Shown: positions 1 to 13,639 of the stretch, one piece after another
Layout: the number at the start of each line of letters is the position of its first letter
How positions within the stretch are numbered: the first letter of the stretch is position 1
Source of the DNA: Geosiphon pyriformis uo1
Taxonomy: Eukaryota; Fungi; Glomeromycota
Direction: 5' to 3'
Assembly (NCBI GenBank): GCA_016748015.1
Contig: JAAOMT010000381.1
Location: 1 to 64,000 of the forward strand
Length of the DNA stretch: 64,000 nt
Program-made: the position numbers and the translations under genes
Notes under the pieces: generated by a model
Seen by the model: only the letters and a program-made list of their open reading frames with translations
Told to the model about the DNA's origin: nothing
The model's database searches: none

Positions 1-689
1 ATGAAATGATAATAGTGAGGCACAAGTTAAAAAAATGACAGCGAGAAAAGCAGTGTAGATGGGATGCAAAATTTAAAATAAAATTAGAGCATTGACATAA
101 GAATATCTAAAAAGAATCATCGATCATAATATCAGAAAACCCTATTACTGTGTCTACTCTATCCTACAAAGGTAAAAAGGAGGGAACGACGTACCTGAAG
201 CATGGACCCAGTTGATGGAATGAAACAGGGCATACGCGAATAGAGGACAGCAATAAGTTCACGAGTTAGTCAACATCGAAAACATTCCCATGAACGGATG
301 AATAAACGAGGCAGAAGTGATACATGAAAATAAACTTTCATACTAAATGCCTATCTTCGTCTAACAAGACAGGTTTGACAACAGAAAATAAGAGGTGAAA
401 AAGAGAAATAACCACTTGTTAGTCAGCTATCGGTCAATAACAGAGACGCATAAACATGAACCAAAGAATACACGTTGAATGGAAGGAAAAAGCAGTACAG
501 GTAGATATGTGAACACAGTCGTTCAGAAAGTGCATTACACAAAAGAGAGGAGAATAAGACACAGACTGCAAAATAAAGAAACGTCGTTAGTTGTCATAAA
601 CTCTACTCTATATACGCTGTCTACTCTAACCTAGTACATACTACTCTACCACCCCAACACCTAAGCAACAAACTCATAATAAAAGAAAA

Positions 690-949
690 TCATATTACAA
701 AGTCGTTACCTGTATCATCTGTTGCTGTACGTAGTTTTTCTGCCCATTTTAGCAACTCCTCTTTCCACTCGTTCTTTTCTACTTTTAAATCATTTGCTTC
801 TTCTTCCAACTCTTCCTTTGCTTTTCGTCTACATCCTCCTTCTCTCTCAGATTCTTCTTTAATTCACTTAACCTATCTAGCTTCTCCACGCATCTGTCAT
901 ACTCGCTCTCAGCTTTCTTCAATACTTGTTTAATATCTTCAACGCTCGC
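690..949 (-). pseudogene. Frameshifted short coiled-coil (E/K-rich) ORF ending at a probable splice donor; lies in a CpG-retaining island (1-~1050)
   Basis: Minus strand reads ASVEDIKQVLKKAESEYDRCVEKLDRLSELKKNLREKEDVDE, then after a frameshift KEELEEEANDLKVEKNEWKEELLKWAEKLRTATDDT-G|gtaacg. Downstream are branch/acceptor-like CTAAC...TTGCAG (591-566) and CTAAC...GTTAG (~422-361). No ATG at the apparent start. Confidence 0.45.
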
Positions 950-1279
950 GTGTTTGTTATAGTTTGGGAAGATATGGCCTAATATATGTTTGGTTGGTTT
1001 CAGATCTTTGATTATCAGTATAAATTTACTATTTAGGTGACAAACCCGCCTTTGTTAAATTATAACAATATTAATTATTTTTATATTTTAATGTTGTATA
1101 AAATCGGTTTTATTATTTTAAAATAAAAATAATTGTAAGTTTTAAAAATTAGGGTTAATACTATTAAAATTGGAAAAAATAAAACCAGTATTAAAATATA
1201 TTTTTATTATTATTTGGTAATTTTATATTAATTTTAAACTTATTAAATAAAAGTTTATGTATTTTAATTTAGAAATTAT

Positions 1280-3536
1280 TTTTTATGTATTAACCTACAA
1301 CAGCAAAAATTCAGTTAATTAGAAAGTTATTTTCAACAATCAATGATTTTAAGAAGGCCACTATTTTTTCAAAATTTACTTTAAAGAAAAGCATGGAAAA
1401 AACCACATTATTGGCCAAAAAAAAGAGAATTATTGTAAATACCAATCTTAAGAAACAAGAAATTAAATCAGATTAGGCTGTAATCATCAAGAAAATTTCT
1501 ATAAATATGCCAAAAAATATGATTGTCATTGCAGTATTTGAATTTGGCCAAATTAAGTTGATCAAAATTCAATTAATTAGTATATGGCAAAAAACTATGG
1601 TTGAATTTACCAAATTAGATGAGACTGAACAGCTAGCTTTTAAATAGTCATTCTTAATTGGGAAAAACTTGGTATGTATAATTATGGCTGTGAAAAATTG
1701 CAGTATTTGAATGTTTAGAGATTGGTTCAAGGTGTTTCTGTTTACTTTATCTGTAAAAACAACTGTCTATAATCTTGGAACTCTTTTGGAAAGGGCTAAT
1801 AAGAAAACATATGTCATTAATTGCTTATTTAATACTGGCAATCAGGTTTGCTGTGCTGTAATTAGTTTTGAGTCAGATAAAAAGCTGAAATCTGTCTTTT
1901 ACATAAAGCTGATTTTGGATGATATAAAACTCTTATGGACTAAAATAAATTTGGTATGGTGCAAAAAATACAAACATTTTGAGTATTTTGCTCTTGAGTA
2001 TAGTATATTAAATACATCAGTTTTGTCTCTCTTAAAATCTTATAAAAGTTTTATCTCTAAAAAAATTTGTCTTTAGCTTACCAAATTGTATGCAAAAAAG
2101 AATGTTCCAATTTCCCATTGTTATTTATAGAATATAGAAATTATATATTAGTACATAAATTAACTAATCAAAATAAGACATAGTAAAAGTGGAATTCCAG
2201 AATTTCTCTCAAAGAAATTGCAGGATTTCAGAATATTTTTCAAGAAATTCTAGGATTCCTAATTAAAAAATTAAAGAATTCAAGAAATTTCATATAATAA
2301 AATTTATGTATATATAGTGGTAATATTAAAAGCAAAAAAACAGAATCTTTAGTTTAGACCTCCAGTTTCAATTCCATATCTATTTTTTTATATGATAGTA
2401 TTTTATAACTTGAAATAAAAACATCAAATATTAATAAAATACTTATTATCATTACAATCTATTTTTTTACTATTAACAACTTATGTTGATAATTGCTAAT
2501 ACTTAATTACACTAAACCAATAGCTTTTGATTATGGTTATTAACAGAATACTAAATCTTTCTTGTCTTGACTTATCTCTTTATTTTCTTTTCTTTTCTTT
2601 TGTTTGTTTATTATTTACTAATTAATTAAAAATTAAGCACTGAGTTATTGATATCAAAAAGATTGGTAAAAAACTCAAGAATAAGGATAGACACTTGAAA
2701 TTAAGAGATAGTTTATCAGGGAACCAGCCATTAAGCTAAGAAAAAAATTGATGAAATAATCATTCTGAAAAACTACAGATTACAACACATACTAATTCGA
2801 AAGTTGGAGAGAAAACTAAAAACATTATACCAAAATATCAACATTAAATCTTTGTTTATTATATAAAGAACTCAACCAAAACCTTCAAACTCCAAAATCT
2901 TCAAATATTACTAATATTATTTAACTATTAAATACTAACTTATGGGTTTGCTATTTGTTTTCAGATCCCAAATAATTTCTTCTAACACTATTTTGCAGTT
3001 TTTGGTAGCAGATTTTGAATGCAGGTAGTCTTAGTTGCTTTTTTTTTGATAGTTCTTGTTTTAGTTTTGGTTTTAGTTCTGGTCTTTTTTTTTCTGATGT
3101 CTCAAATAATAAAAAAAGCACACTAGTTGTTTAAGATGGTTTTTCAATTAATAATCATTTGGCTTTTTTGAAGCATTTCTTGAAGCTTTTGGCTGATCAA
3201 TTATTGAGTATTGTAAGAAAACTAAACATAGTTAATCTGGTGTCTTTGGCATCTATTTTTTAATTTTTTTCTCCTGCTGTAGTTGTGCTTTTAAGTTTAA
3301 ATTCAGATTTAAATATGGTTTTGAATGTTTTGCAAGTGTTTCTTGTAACTTTTTTTTTAGTTATAATGGATACAACTTTAGCTTTAGATTTAAGTAGTTT
3401 AAAAATCCTAACTACTAAGATGGACAGTTTGGAATCGAAATTAGTGGCTTTTGAAGTTTCCATTAATTTTGTTTTAGTAAAGTTAGATTAATTGTGTACT
3501 GGTTTAGATTTCTTAGTACATTTTTTATTTTAATGA
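1280..3536 (+). pseudogene. LINE ORF1 (gag-like; RRM-like region plus decayed Zn knuckle), interrupted by a solo LTR
   Basis: AVIIKKISINMPKNMIVIAVFEFGQIKLIKIQLISIWQKTMVEF; WCKKYKHFEYFALEY is a decayed CxxCxxxxHxxxxC; homologous to 43640-44160 and 32060-32650. Confidence 0.75.
2119..2987 (+). mobile_element. Solo LTR, Gypsy family A
   Basis: TG(2119)...CA(2987); 4-bp TSD CCAT/CTAT; removing it restores the LINE ORF1 frame (NVPIS...AVFG); similar to other family A LTRs. Confidence 0.9.
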
Positions 3537-6500
3537 ATAATTTGGTATAAAAGATTGCTATATGCAATGTTTACAATATTAATGTTCTGGCTAAATAAAA
3601 AGATATAATACATTAGCATGTTGATTTGAATAACATAATATTAATCATCACTAAGACAAAGTTGAAGTCTAATATTAAGCTTTGAATTATAAACAAATTT
3701 GATAGGATGAACATTTTTACTTCTGGTCTGGATAATGACTTTCTTGGAATGAGTATAATAATTATTATAAACAATTTCTTGGCTCACTATGTCTTCAAAG
3801 TTAAGAAAATCTTAGGTTATGTTATTTTAGTAAGGCTTTTGTTCAAAAAAAGATTGTTTATTATAATCTTAAGTTTGTATGCTGAAGTTTTTATCAAAAC
3901 AAGATTTAATCAAGTATTAGATATCAATTTTTTTATCATTAAAGCAGCCAACTTCAATACTTTCATGATACTAAATAGAAATTTTAACAAGAATAGTATA
4001 AAAAAAAGTGCAAGTTTCAGGTTTTGTAAAGATCTAAAGCTAGTCAACATGTTTTATAAACATTTATTGGTCAAGACTTTCATTTGAAACAATTTTAAAG
4101 GTATTAAGAAGATCATTAACTTTATTTTTGTGAACCAAAGTCTGGTGTTTGTTATTACTAATTATAAAGTTGGTAAAGTTTCTGAATTTTTTGATACTGA
4201 TTACAGCAGTTTTAATTGTAATTGGTTTAAGTGGTTTTCTAGATGTTTATCTTAATGCTGAGCATAAACAGACCAATAAAAATAGATAAAAGTTCAAAAT
4301 TAAGAATGCTGAAGCTGACAAGTGATCATGATTTAAGAAGTGTTCATTGGACAAGTTTTCAAAATTATTACTTTAATTTAATAATGCAAAAAATTGTGAT
4401 AATTTGGACATTATATAAGAGGTTTTAAGAGATATTATAGTTAGTGCTGCTAATGAGATGTTTTTTAAGCTATGGTTTAGTGAATTTTATTGTTCAAAAA
4501 ATAGATAGTTGTCATGGTTTTTCAAGCTAAAATTGTTGGTATTCAAGCTTATAAGATATATAGATTTAAATCAATGGCTAGATACTATTTGTTTTCTTGA
4601 TGCTTGGTCTGCTATTAACATAAAAGAAGTAACCAAAATGCATACAATGTTTAATAATGATAAAAGAATAAAAAAGATTCAAGTTTATCTATTAAGAATT
4701 AAAAAAAGTTATTAAAAGTTCAAGTTTTATGAGTTTAGAGCTACCAAAAATAATTCAATTAAGAAGGTTATAGATTAACATATAAAAAACTTTTGTTTTA
4801 ATAAAAGTAAAATAATTAGGAGTGTTTTGGATTAACTATTTAGGAAGATTGTTCTTGACTATCTGGTTGTAGATAATTAATTGATCTTAAAATCATGTAA
4901 AGTCAAATCTATGATCAATACAATTATAAAAAGATGAATGAGAGAGTATACTGTACTTAATACATGATCTAATCAATATGCTTCTTTGGATTATGTTGAT
5001 AATGATGCTTTTACAAAGATTATATATATTATCAAATTTGATAAGTTTCTTTGTATTGTCAGAAATTTATCTGATAGCAAAGCTGTTAGTCTTTTTGACA
5101 TTTCTAATAAACTTTAAAAACATGGTAATAGACAGATTCTGGCTGGTTTATTGAATATCTTTACATCAGATTTGGTATCTATATAATAGAAACAAGTCTG
5201 AGTTTTCATAATACCAAAGCCTTATAACTAAAAAGAAACTCTTACCAATATTAAGCCAATAACTTTAATTAAAACAGTTTGGAAGATCTTGTTAAAGATT
5301 CTCTTGGAAAAAATTTTCTTAGTTTGCATTAAGTATAATGTCTTGTATAATAACAATTTTTCAGTTTTGAAAGACATGTTCATTCAGATTCCAATTTTTA
5401 TTATTGGCTTATTAATGAAGAATGCATTAGAAAAGAACAGAAAACTTTGGTTGGTTCTTCAAGATATGCAAAAAACATATGATTTAGTTAGATGGTCTTA
5501 TTTATATAATAACTTAAACAAAATTAAAATATGTTCTCATTTTATAAAGTTTTTTGGTAATATATACAATAATAAAATTAATTGGATAATGACAGATTTT
5601 GGGCTTACTGATGAATACACAGTTCATAATAGTCTAGATCAAAAGAAGATTTTTTTGCTACTGTTATAAAGAATTTTTTATGATCTATTACTTTGTAAGA
5701 TTAAAAAGCACAAACAATTATTTGATTACAAAATAAGTTCAAAATTCTTTATAAAAACTGGTAGAATTAATCTTAAGGATAACAAAACTTTTTTTTTTAC
5801 TGTAGGTGCCTTTGTTAACAACACTATTTGAATTAGAAATTGCATGACAACTACTTAATGTATTTTGAACATTGCTAGCAAGTTTTTTTCAATTAATAAT
5901 ATTTTAATTAACATAAATAAAACAGTTACCATTTCTATTAACTAAGGTATTAATGAGACTTTGTTATCTATTAATAATTCAAAAATCTCAATAATCAAAA
6001 GAAGCGAATTTTATAGATATTTGAGTATTTTTCTGTTGATTAATGACCTATCTAAGTCAAACTTAACCAAAGTTTATTCAAATGTTAAGTTCTTTTTTAA
6101 TGTAATTTTAAAAAAAGTTATTACTAAAAAAACAATTTTTGTATTTGGTATCTGCTATTTTGCAGCCTATCATTAATTATAAATTGCAATTTAGTTGTGT
6201 TTTAAAAAGTGTTTATAAAAAATAGGACAAAATATTGAGAAAAAAGTTAAAGCTTAAGACTAATTTGTTTAAAAATTTTTCGAATGAGGCATTATATTAC
6301 TTTGAGTTATATAGTTTGACAACTTTTAGGCAAGTGCTTGCTGAAAATTTGGTGGCTAATTTGGTTAACTTCTCTAATACTGATAAAATTATTGGTAATT
6401 TATTTAAGCATAGAGTTATAGATCTACAGATTACTAATTGAATGCTTTAGCACTTTCTTTAATTTTCAGTTATATTGTCAATTAATCTTATGAATTGTTT

Positions 6501-8193
6501 TTTGGCAGATGCAATACACACTCTTGTTTTTTGCAACCTATTTCTAAGTGGTGTATTGCTTGATATTTTTCAGACCAGAAAAGATGTTGCAGTCATAAAA
6601 ATACTGAGTTTAAACAGTTATTTAGGCACAGCTAAGTCTTTCAAAAAATACAGCATAGTTTTTATAAACTAGTTTCTGAATTGTCACAGCATATGTATTA
6701 CATAAAACATCTTTTGCAGATGGAAAAAGCTGGATCTCAGAAGTCTGATTTCTGCTTGGTTCAGTTTATTAGTTAAATTTATTAGTAATGGTGGTTTAAT
6801 AAATGATAAGATACTGAGTTCTTATCTCATTCTTATTAACCACTCTTATAACTTTAATTTTGTTTATAAGCACCTATTAGATTTCAGGCTGCATTTTGTA
6901 AAAATTTTTACAGATAGCTCTGTTAAAAGTTTGGATTTAGTTGGTGTTTGTGATAGTGCTGCTGCTTATTTTCCAAACATTAATATTAATATTAGGATTA
7001 AGATTAATAGCTTGTTGTTTTTAATTTTAGTAAAACTGTAGGTTATTACTCTTGTATTAAAATGTGTATTCACTTCTAGCTTAATTATTTTGTTTACTAA
7101 TAGCCAGACTTTATTGAACATTTGTAGCTTTAACAAAAATGTGTTTGGTCCTAATTTTTGCAATAAATGCTAAATTGAAAAGGAGCATATTCATCAGATC
7201 ATTTTGAATAAAAGTTTGTCTGTTTTATAAAAAAAAGTTAAGAGTCATTCTGGTGTTATCAAAAATAAATAAGCTGATTTTTATGCCAATGCTGTAACTG
7301 TTTCTGGTTCTGTGTTGCCTTTTAGTGTATCATGCCATTTTCTCAATATTGAAAACAGATCTGTTTTTAGAAATACTTATTACTTTGTTAAGTGCCTGTT
7401 TAATACAATTAATTTTGTTGAATAGAAATTCAAGTGTGCTGATAGTATTATAAATGCAAACAGTAGTATTAATTTTAACATGGTTAGAATTTTTAATGTT
7501 TAACACCCTGATAACAAGATTTATTCTGGTTATATTAGCATATTGTTAGTATTACTTTAGTCCTATTTCATAAAAGCATTGTATTGCTACTTGCTGGTGG
7601 TCAAGAAAAAAAAATTGTACAATCCTAAATATCTAAGTATAACTTGTATTCAGTGTGGTATAATAGAAAATTCTGATTACATATTTGTATAAATGTATGA
7701 TAGTAGTACTAGGAAGAAATTATTGTTAAATATTGTTCTAAATAGAATGGAATAGTAGATACTTTTGCTAAAAATAATGTAATTTCTAAGTATTTGTATA
7801 AAGCTAGAATTTCTGTTAACTTGTATATGACACTAATTAAGAGTTTTGTGTTAAAAACCTGAATGACTGATACAATATGCCATTTGGGTACTGGATTTAA
7901 TGGTAGTATAATGGTTGTTAAATTGGTTTGTGATTTAGCCAATAGCCACAAATCTGCTGTTTGGCTGCTTATAGCCAAATTAAAATTTTTTTATAAAAAA
8001 CATAATATTTTACTATATAATAGTTCTGCCATTTTTTTGGTACTCAGTATGTTATTTTTATGGTGTTTTGTTGTAATTTAACATTTTGGTATTAAAATAG
8101 GCATCTATATTTGCTTTGGTTTGTACTTTAGTCTGTTTAAATTAAATTTTGGTTTTTTGTATAGAATTTTGTTTGTAGATAGTGTAAGTATAT
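3533..8193 (+). pseudogene. LINE ORF2: AP endonuclease (~3533-4230), reverse transcriptase (~5060-5950), RNase H (~6900-7290), C-terminal CCHC finger (~7645-7700)
   Basis: MNNLV*KIAICNV (APE start); IIPKPY...NIKPITLIK; WLVLQDMQKTYDLV; AFVNNT (FVDD decayed, ~5808-5825); IFTDSS and KVKSHSGVIKNK*AD (RNase H); CIQCGIIENSDYIF. Many stops. Confidence 0.9.
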
Positions 8194-9514
8194 AGTGCTA
8201 TTTTAATTGGTCTAAGTGGCTAATTATGTATAAAAAATACATAAATTATGCTTAATTTAAGATCTTGTTTAATTTTATGTATTTAGATAGTAGTTAGGCT
8301 GTGCTTGTTAAATGTTAATAAAAAAAATATATGATTGTTTTTTGGTAATAGATTTATAATATTTGGTTTCTAAATATTTTTTTTATATAAAACCAATAAA
8401 TTTTTAATTATTCAAATTTATTTATATTATTGATTTAAATTTTGAAAAGTTTTTAAAGATTTTGTTTTATATTAACTTAATAAATATAGCTGTTATTTTT
8501 TTATGCTAATTAATAAACTTTTTTAATTATAATAACATTTTATTATAATTATTATAATTAATAATAAATTAGATAGTATTTTGTATTAATTCTATATTTT
8601 TTTATACTTAATTTTTTATTATGTTATATAATATAAATTTAGATATAATTAAAAAATTTAATATTTATTTGAATGATTTTTTGTTAATTTTTAATTTATA
8701 AAATAATAAATATTTATAATTATATTATTGTTTTTTTATTTATTAATATACTATTAAATAAATATTATTTAAATATAAAATATATTGAAAATATATAAAC
8801 AAAAATAAAAAATAAAATTAATTACTATTATAAAATACAAATATGTATTTTTATATTATATGTTTTTAATTTTTTAAAGCTTTTAACTATTTTTTTATTA
8901 ATTTTAAAAAAAATTATTTAATATTATATAAATTTTTAACAAATTTATTTGTTATATTAGTATTAATATCTTAAAAATAATAAAATATTAAATTTATAAT
9001 TTTTTAAACATAAAATTAGTAATTAAAATAGTATTGTTATTCATAAAAAAAGTATACAAAAAAGAAATAAAAAAAATAAATCATAAGAATATATTAAAAA
9101 AAATGGTATTTAATATGTAAACATATTTTTAAGAATGTGTATATTTACAAAAAATGAGCATATTTTTAAGAAATTATGACATATTGCTTAAAAATAAGTA
9201 CAGTTTTAAAAAATAGTATAAAAAAGAATAGAAATATATAAGATTTTATATAACAAAAAATATATATATAGCAGTAGTATTAGAAGTGAAAAAAAAGCAA
9301 ACAAATTTAAATTTAAAAAATTTTAAGTTAGTTAACAATAAATATTTATAATATACTTTTTTCTTTAAAAAATAGTTTTATATATCTTAAAGTAGAATCA
9401 TTTAAATATCAAATAAAATTATTATTTTATTATTCAATTTATGTTATTCTTTTTATTGAATTAAAATTGTTATTTTTTATTTAACTACATTAAAACAATA
9501 GTTCTTAATTATAG

Positions 9515-10310
9515 TGTTACAATTCAAAAATTTAATAGAATTATAAATAATATAAATTAGCCAATCACAAAATAGCACAGCAACAATTTATAAAAAGAAA
9601 AAGAAATAATTTACACATAACAGCAAGCACTACTGTGCAATAGCAGCAAACATTATTATACAAAAGCAGTAAGCACTATTTAGAAATAACAGAAATAGAG
9701 TATTACAAAATGTTATTTTGTAAAACAATAATTATATATATATATAATAGTTTAATGATAAAAAATCTAATAGCTTCAACTCAAAACAACAAATATCTAA
9801 ATAAAATCTTATTCAAAAAGATTTAATAAAAATAATAAATTGAATTAACATTACAATTATAAGATTAACAATAGAATTCACATATTCTCTTTAGCAAATA
9901 AAATTATTATTCCATTTTTGAATCTTTTGGAAAAATAATCTCTAATCAAGATTATTCATGTAATTATTAATTAAATTGAAAAAGCTTTATTATATACTTA
10001 AAAAAATCATGAAAAAACCATTAACATTCTGTGTTTCTAGATTAAAAAAACACATTAGGCAATTGCAAAAATAGCCTCAGAAAAGACCCCAAACAGTAAA
10101 TAAATTTCAGATTAGTATCTAAAAAGAAGTACACAACATACAAAAACAACTAAGATTAAAGAAAAAACTTATATAACAACATTAAGAGAAAACTTTCAGT
10201 ACATTATTATTAATATTCAATACATAAAATTGAGGAACTCATAAAAGATTAATTACAATTAAAATGGGATATTAACAATTAAAATATACCAAGAAAATCT
10301 TTCTATAACA
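9515..10310. mobile_element. Solo LTR, family D (single copy in window), inserted in the family A LTR
   Basis: TGTTACA...TATAACA termini; flanks ATAG/ATGA are both one transition from ATGG, the sequence at this position in the family A LTR at ~2533; the host LTR resumes afterwards. Confidence 0.75.
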
Positions 10311-10673
10311 ATGACTATTAATAGGATATTAATTTTTTATTTTTTTTTTTATTTTTTTTATTTTTTTTCTTTGTTTTTGTATTGTGTACTAATTAATTAA
10401 ATATTGAGATATTAATATCAAAAATAGTCTGGTAAAAAATTTGTAAAACAAAAGTAAAAACTTAAGAATACAACTGTTAGATTAAATTGGTCTTTACACT
10501 AAAAAAAAAATTTAAAAAAACAATTACTAAATAAATCTCTGTTTATTATACAAAAAACTTAACCAAATCTTTAGATCTGAAAATTTTCAAAAATTACCAA
10601 CAATATTAGTTATTAAGTACTAAGTTATAAGTTTGTTATTTATTTTAATATTCAAATAATTACTTGTAACATT

Positions 10674-10688
10674 TAGTGCTTTCTGTAA
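10674..10688 (+). promoter_or_regulatory. Primer-binding site of Gypsy A copy 2 (decayed TGGTGCTCT...)
   Basis: Two nt after the LTR end; matches 24181-24194 (minus), 47913-47928 (minus) and 57379-57394 (plus). Confidence 0.7.
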
Positions 10689-13639
10689 AATATAATTTAA
10701 CAGAAAACAAATATTAGTATTAACTATCTAAAAAAGTGGCAGATTCAAAAGTTATAAGAGCAAATTACTTAAAATTTACAACATTTTTATTTCAACAATA
10801 TTAATAATAGTTAAAGTTAACCAGTAATCATTTTTTAACCAAATTAACCTTCAATTTTTATGTCAATAAAAAAATTATATGTTTTTTAGAAAGACAAGCA
10901 GATTTTGATTTAATAAAAAAAAATTTCTATAATAAATTACTTTAACATATTAGCTTACTACAAATTTATAATTTTGCTTTAATTATTATTAAAATAAATT
11001 GCAAAATTAAAAAATACACTCAACAAAATTTTCTAATCACATTTATAGACAAAGACAAAAACAGAATACAAATACTAATAAGTATATTTAAATTAATATA
11101 ACAACTCAAATAGAAGAAATCTAAAGTCATTTTTTATTATATTTATTATATTATTATCTATTAAAAATATTATCAACATACTATTAGAATTCATATTATT
11201 ATTAACAACAAAACCAATTGTTATAAAAATTCTGTTTTAAAACAATCAAAAAAATTCAAACTGCTAGAAATTTATAACAAGTATTTTAAAAAATTTAAAT
11301 TATAATCAACGATACTATTAAGATTTTTATTACTATTATCTTAACCAAATTTTGAATTTACCAGTAATTAAATAGATACCAAATCAGAAAAAAAAGACAA
11401 CAATTAAAAAATAATAAGCAAAATTTGATTCTAAATAAACCAAAAATCCAAACTTTAATTGTTTAAACTTAAACAAACTCAAACAATTTAAATTTCATTT
11501 TTATTGTTAACAACAACTTATCTTTAGTTATTCAGATTAATTTTCAGTTGTATTAATAGCTATTTTTTAATAATTATAACAACAATTACTAGTATTAATA
11601 GTCTATACTCTAATTACAAAACTAGATAAATTCATTAGCAAAAAAAACAATGTTTAAGTTTAACAAAACAATATTATGAAAGTTATTATAGCCAATAGTT
11701 AAAACAATGCCAAAGCACTTTAAGTTATTTTATACTTTTTTCAAAATATTATTAACTTATAATATTAGAGCTTAGTTAATAAATTCCAAATCTTTAATAT
11801 ATTTAAACAAAATTTTTTGCAGTATTTTAATAATTATAACAGTATTAATTGCTTATTAACTAGTTTTACTATTATTAAATAAAATTATACTTAAATAGTT
11901 ATTACATACTTAAAATGTTTCTACCAAAACCTATACCAAATTTAAGTTATTAATGTTGATTATTTTACAATACTACAGATCTTAAATCAGTTTATTTACA
12001 GACTATGCAGCAGTTTTCTGTAACAACTATGTTTATTACACCCAAATATATTTTAAAACACAATTATTTATATCAAAAATTTTAAATTAACTGAGCTTAA
12101 AACTAATTATGCTTAAATTATAAATTTAATAATAAATAAATCATCTAAATTAGATATCAAATTGAAGCAATTAACCTAAAAATTGAGAAATATTTAGTTA
12201 ATAATTTAGCAATTTATTAATCTTTATAATATTATGATTAGTAAAAAATTTTTATTTAATTTCAGAATCAGTTATGCTTTTTATCTTTATTAATCTCATT
12301 AACAAATTAACTGTAACAATAAAAAATACAAATTTGCTACTATTGCTATAAACAAAAATATCTAAAAGTAAACTGTTAAATTAAACTAAATAATTTATAA
12401 TCAAGAAATTAATATAAAAATCCTGATTGCAGATTTCAAACTTTTGAATTATGCTAATAATTTAGAGTTTTAATGTTTAGTCTGATTTGGTTTAAATTCA
12501 ATTAAACCACCAAATTAAACTAAAATTAAACAAAAAATTTGGCAAAATTTCGAATTCAAACTTAAATCAGACTTAAAATTACTGAACTTAAACTGAATTT
12601 GAATACATACAACAAAACTGGTTCAAGTTTAGTTTGAAGTTCATAAACATGTTCAGATTTGACTATTAAAAATATTATATTATACTATAGTATTATTTAA
12701 TTTTTTTTAATGATTTTAGTATTTATAATTAAAAATACTGTACTGCTCTTATAGTTTTAAGCACTAAGCAAGACTTCATATTTGTAATTATATATCTACT
12801 TGCAAAAAAATATATTCAGAAACAACAAATAATCCTTGAATTGCCAAATAATTACAAGTTATATATACAAGACAAAAAAATTATGTTTAATATATCTAAA
12901 TATCAAATTGTTAATAAAATGTTAATTTAGATAAATATTTTTTGTAATATGCCTTTTACTATATTATTACATCTATTTCCTTATTGGCCACATTTTTAAA
13001 AATATAATAATCAATTTTTTCAAGTTTTTTTTTTCATCATTAAAATCTGTCTTTAATATAAATCATGTAATTAATATAATAGTATTATTAAAATTGTTAT
13101 TTAATATTGGTATAATATTTAGTATGTATTCTATTTCAAAGAAAATACATATTTTATAAGTTTATTTATTATGTGAGAGTTAAAAAATAAAACTATTTGA
13201 ATAAATAAATAACTTATAATTCTTTTATTTTATTAATATTATTATTTGAAATTTTTTTTTTGTAAAATAATAGAATTTTCTCTTTGAATTCAATATAATA
13301 TAAAGTATTACAGTTGTATTTGTTTTAAAGTAATATTTAATCAACTTTTTTTTTGCTGTTTTAATCATTATAACAAGGAATAGATCTAATACTAAATATG
13401 TTAAATAATTAATTAAATAAATATAATTAAGATTATAATATTTTACCAGATTTATTATTATCAACTGTATTTTTGATTTGATTAAAAATAATATTAAAGA
13501 AAAAAATAATTGAAAAGACAGTATTATTTGATAATATCTTTAAATAGTTCAAAAAATTTAGTAACTTTATCAAAAACAGTTCACTGATCATATAAAATAA
13601 TATATTAATAAAAATTAATATGAGTATTAGTAAAGGTGT

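Larger units (their letters stand above)
1280..8327 (+). mobile_element. Degenerate non-LTR retrotransposon (LINE copy 1): ORF1 + ORF2 (APE-RT-RNase H-CCHC) + 3' UTR + poly(A); 5' end missing or unrecognisable
   Basis: Colinear decayed domains (see sub-features), a 3' UTR at ~8194-8318 shared with the elements at ~42166-42300 and 31306-31439, and an A-tract at ~8319-8327. Confidence 0.9.
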
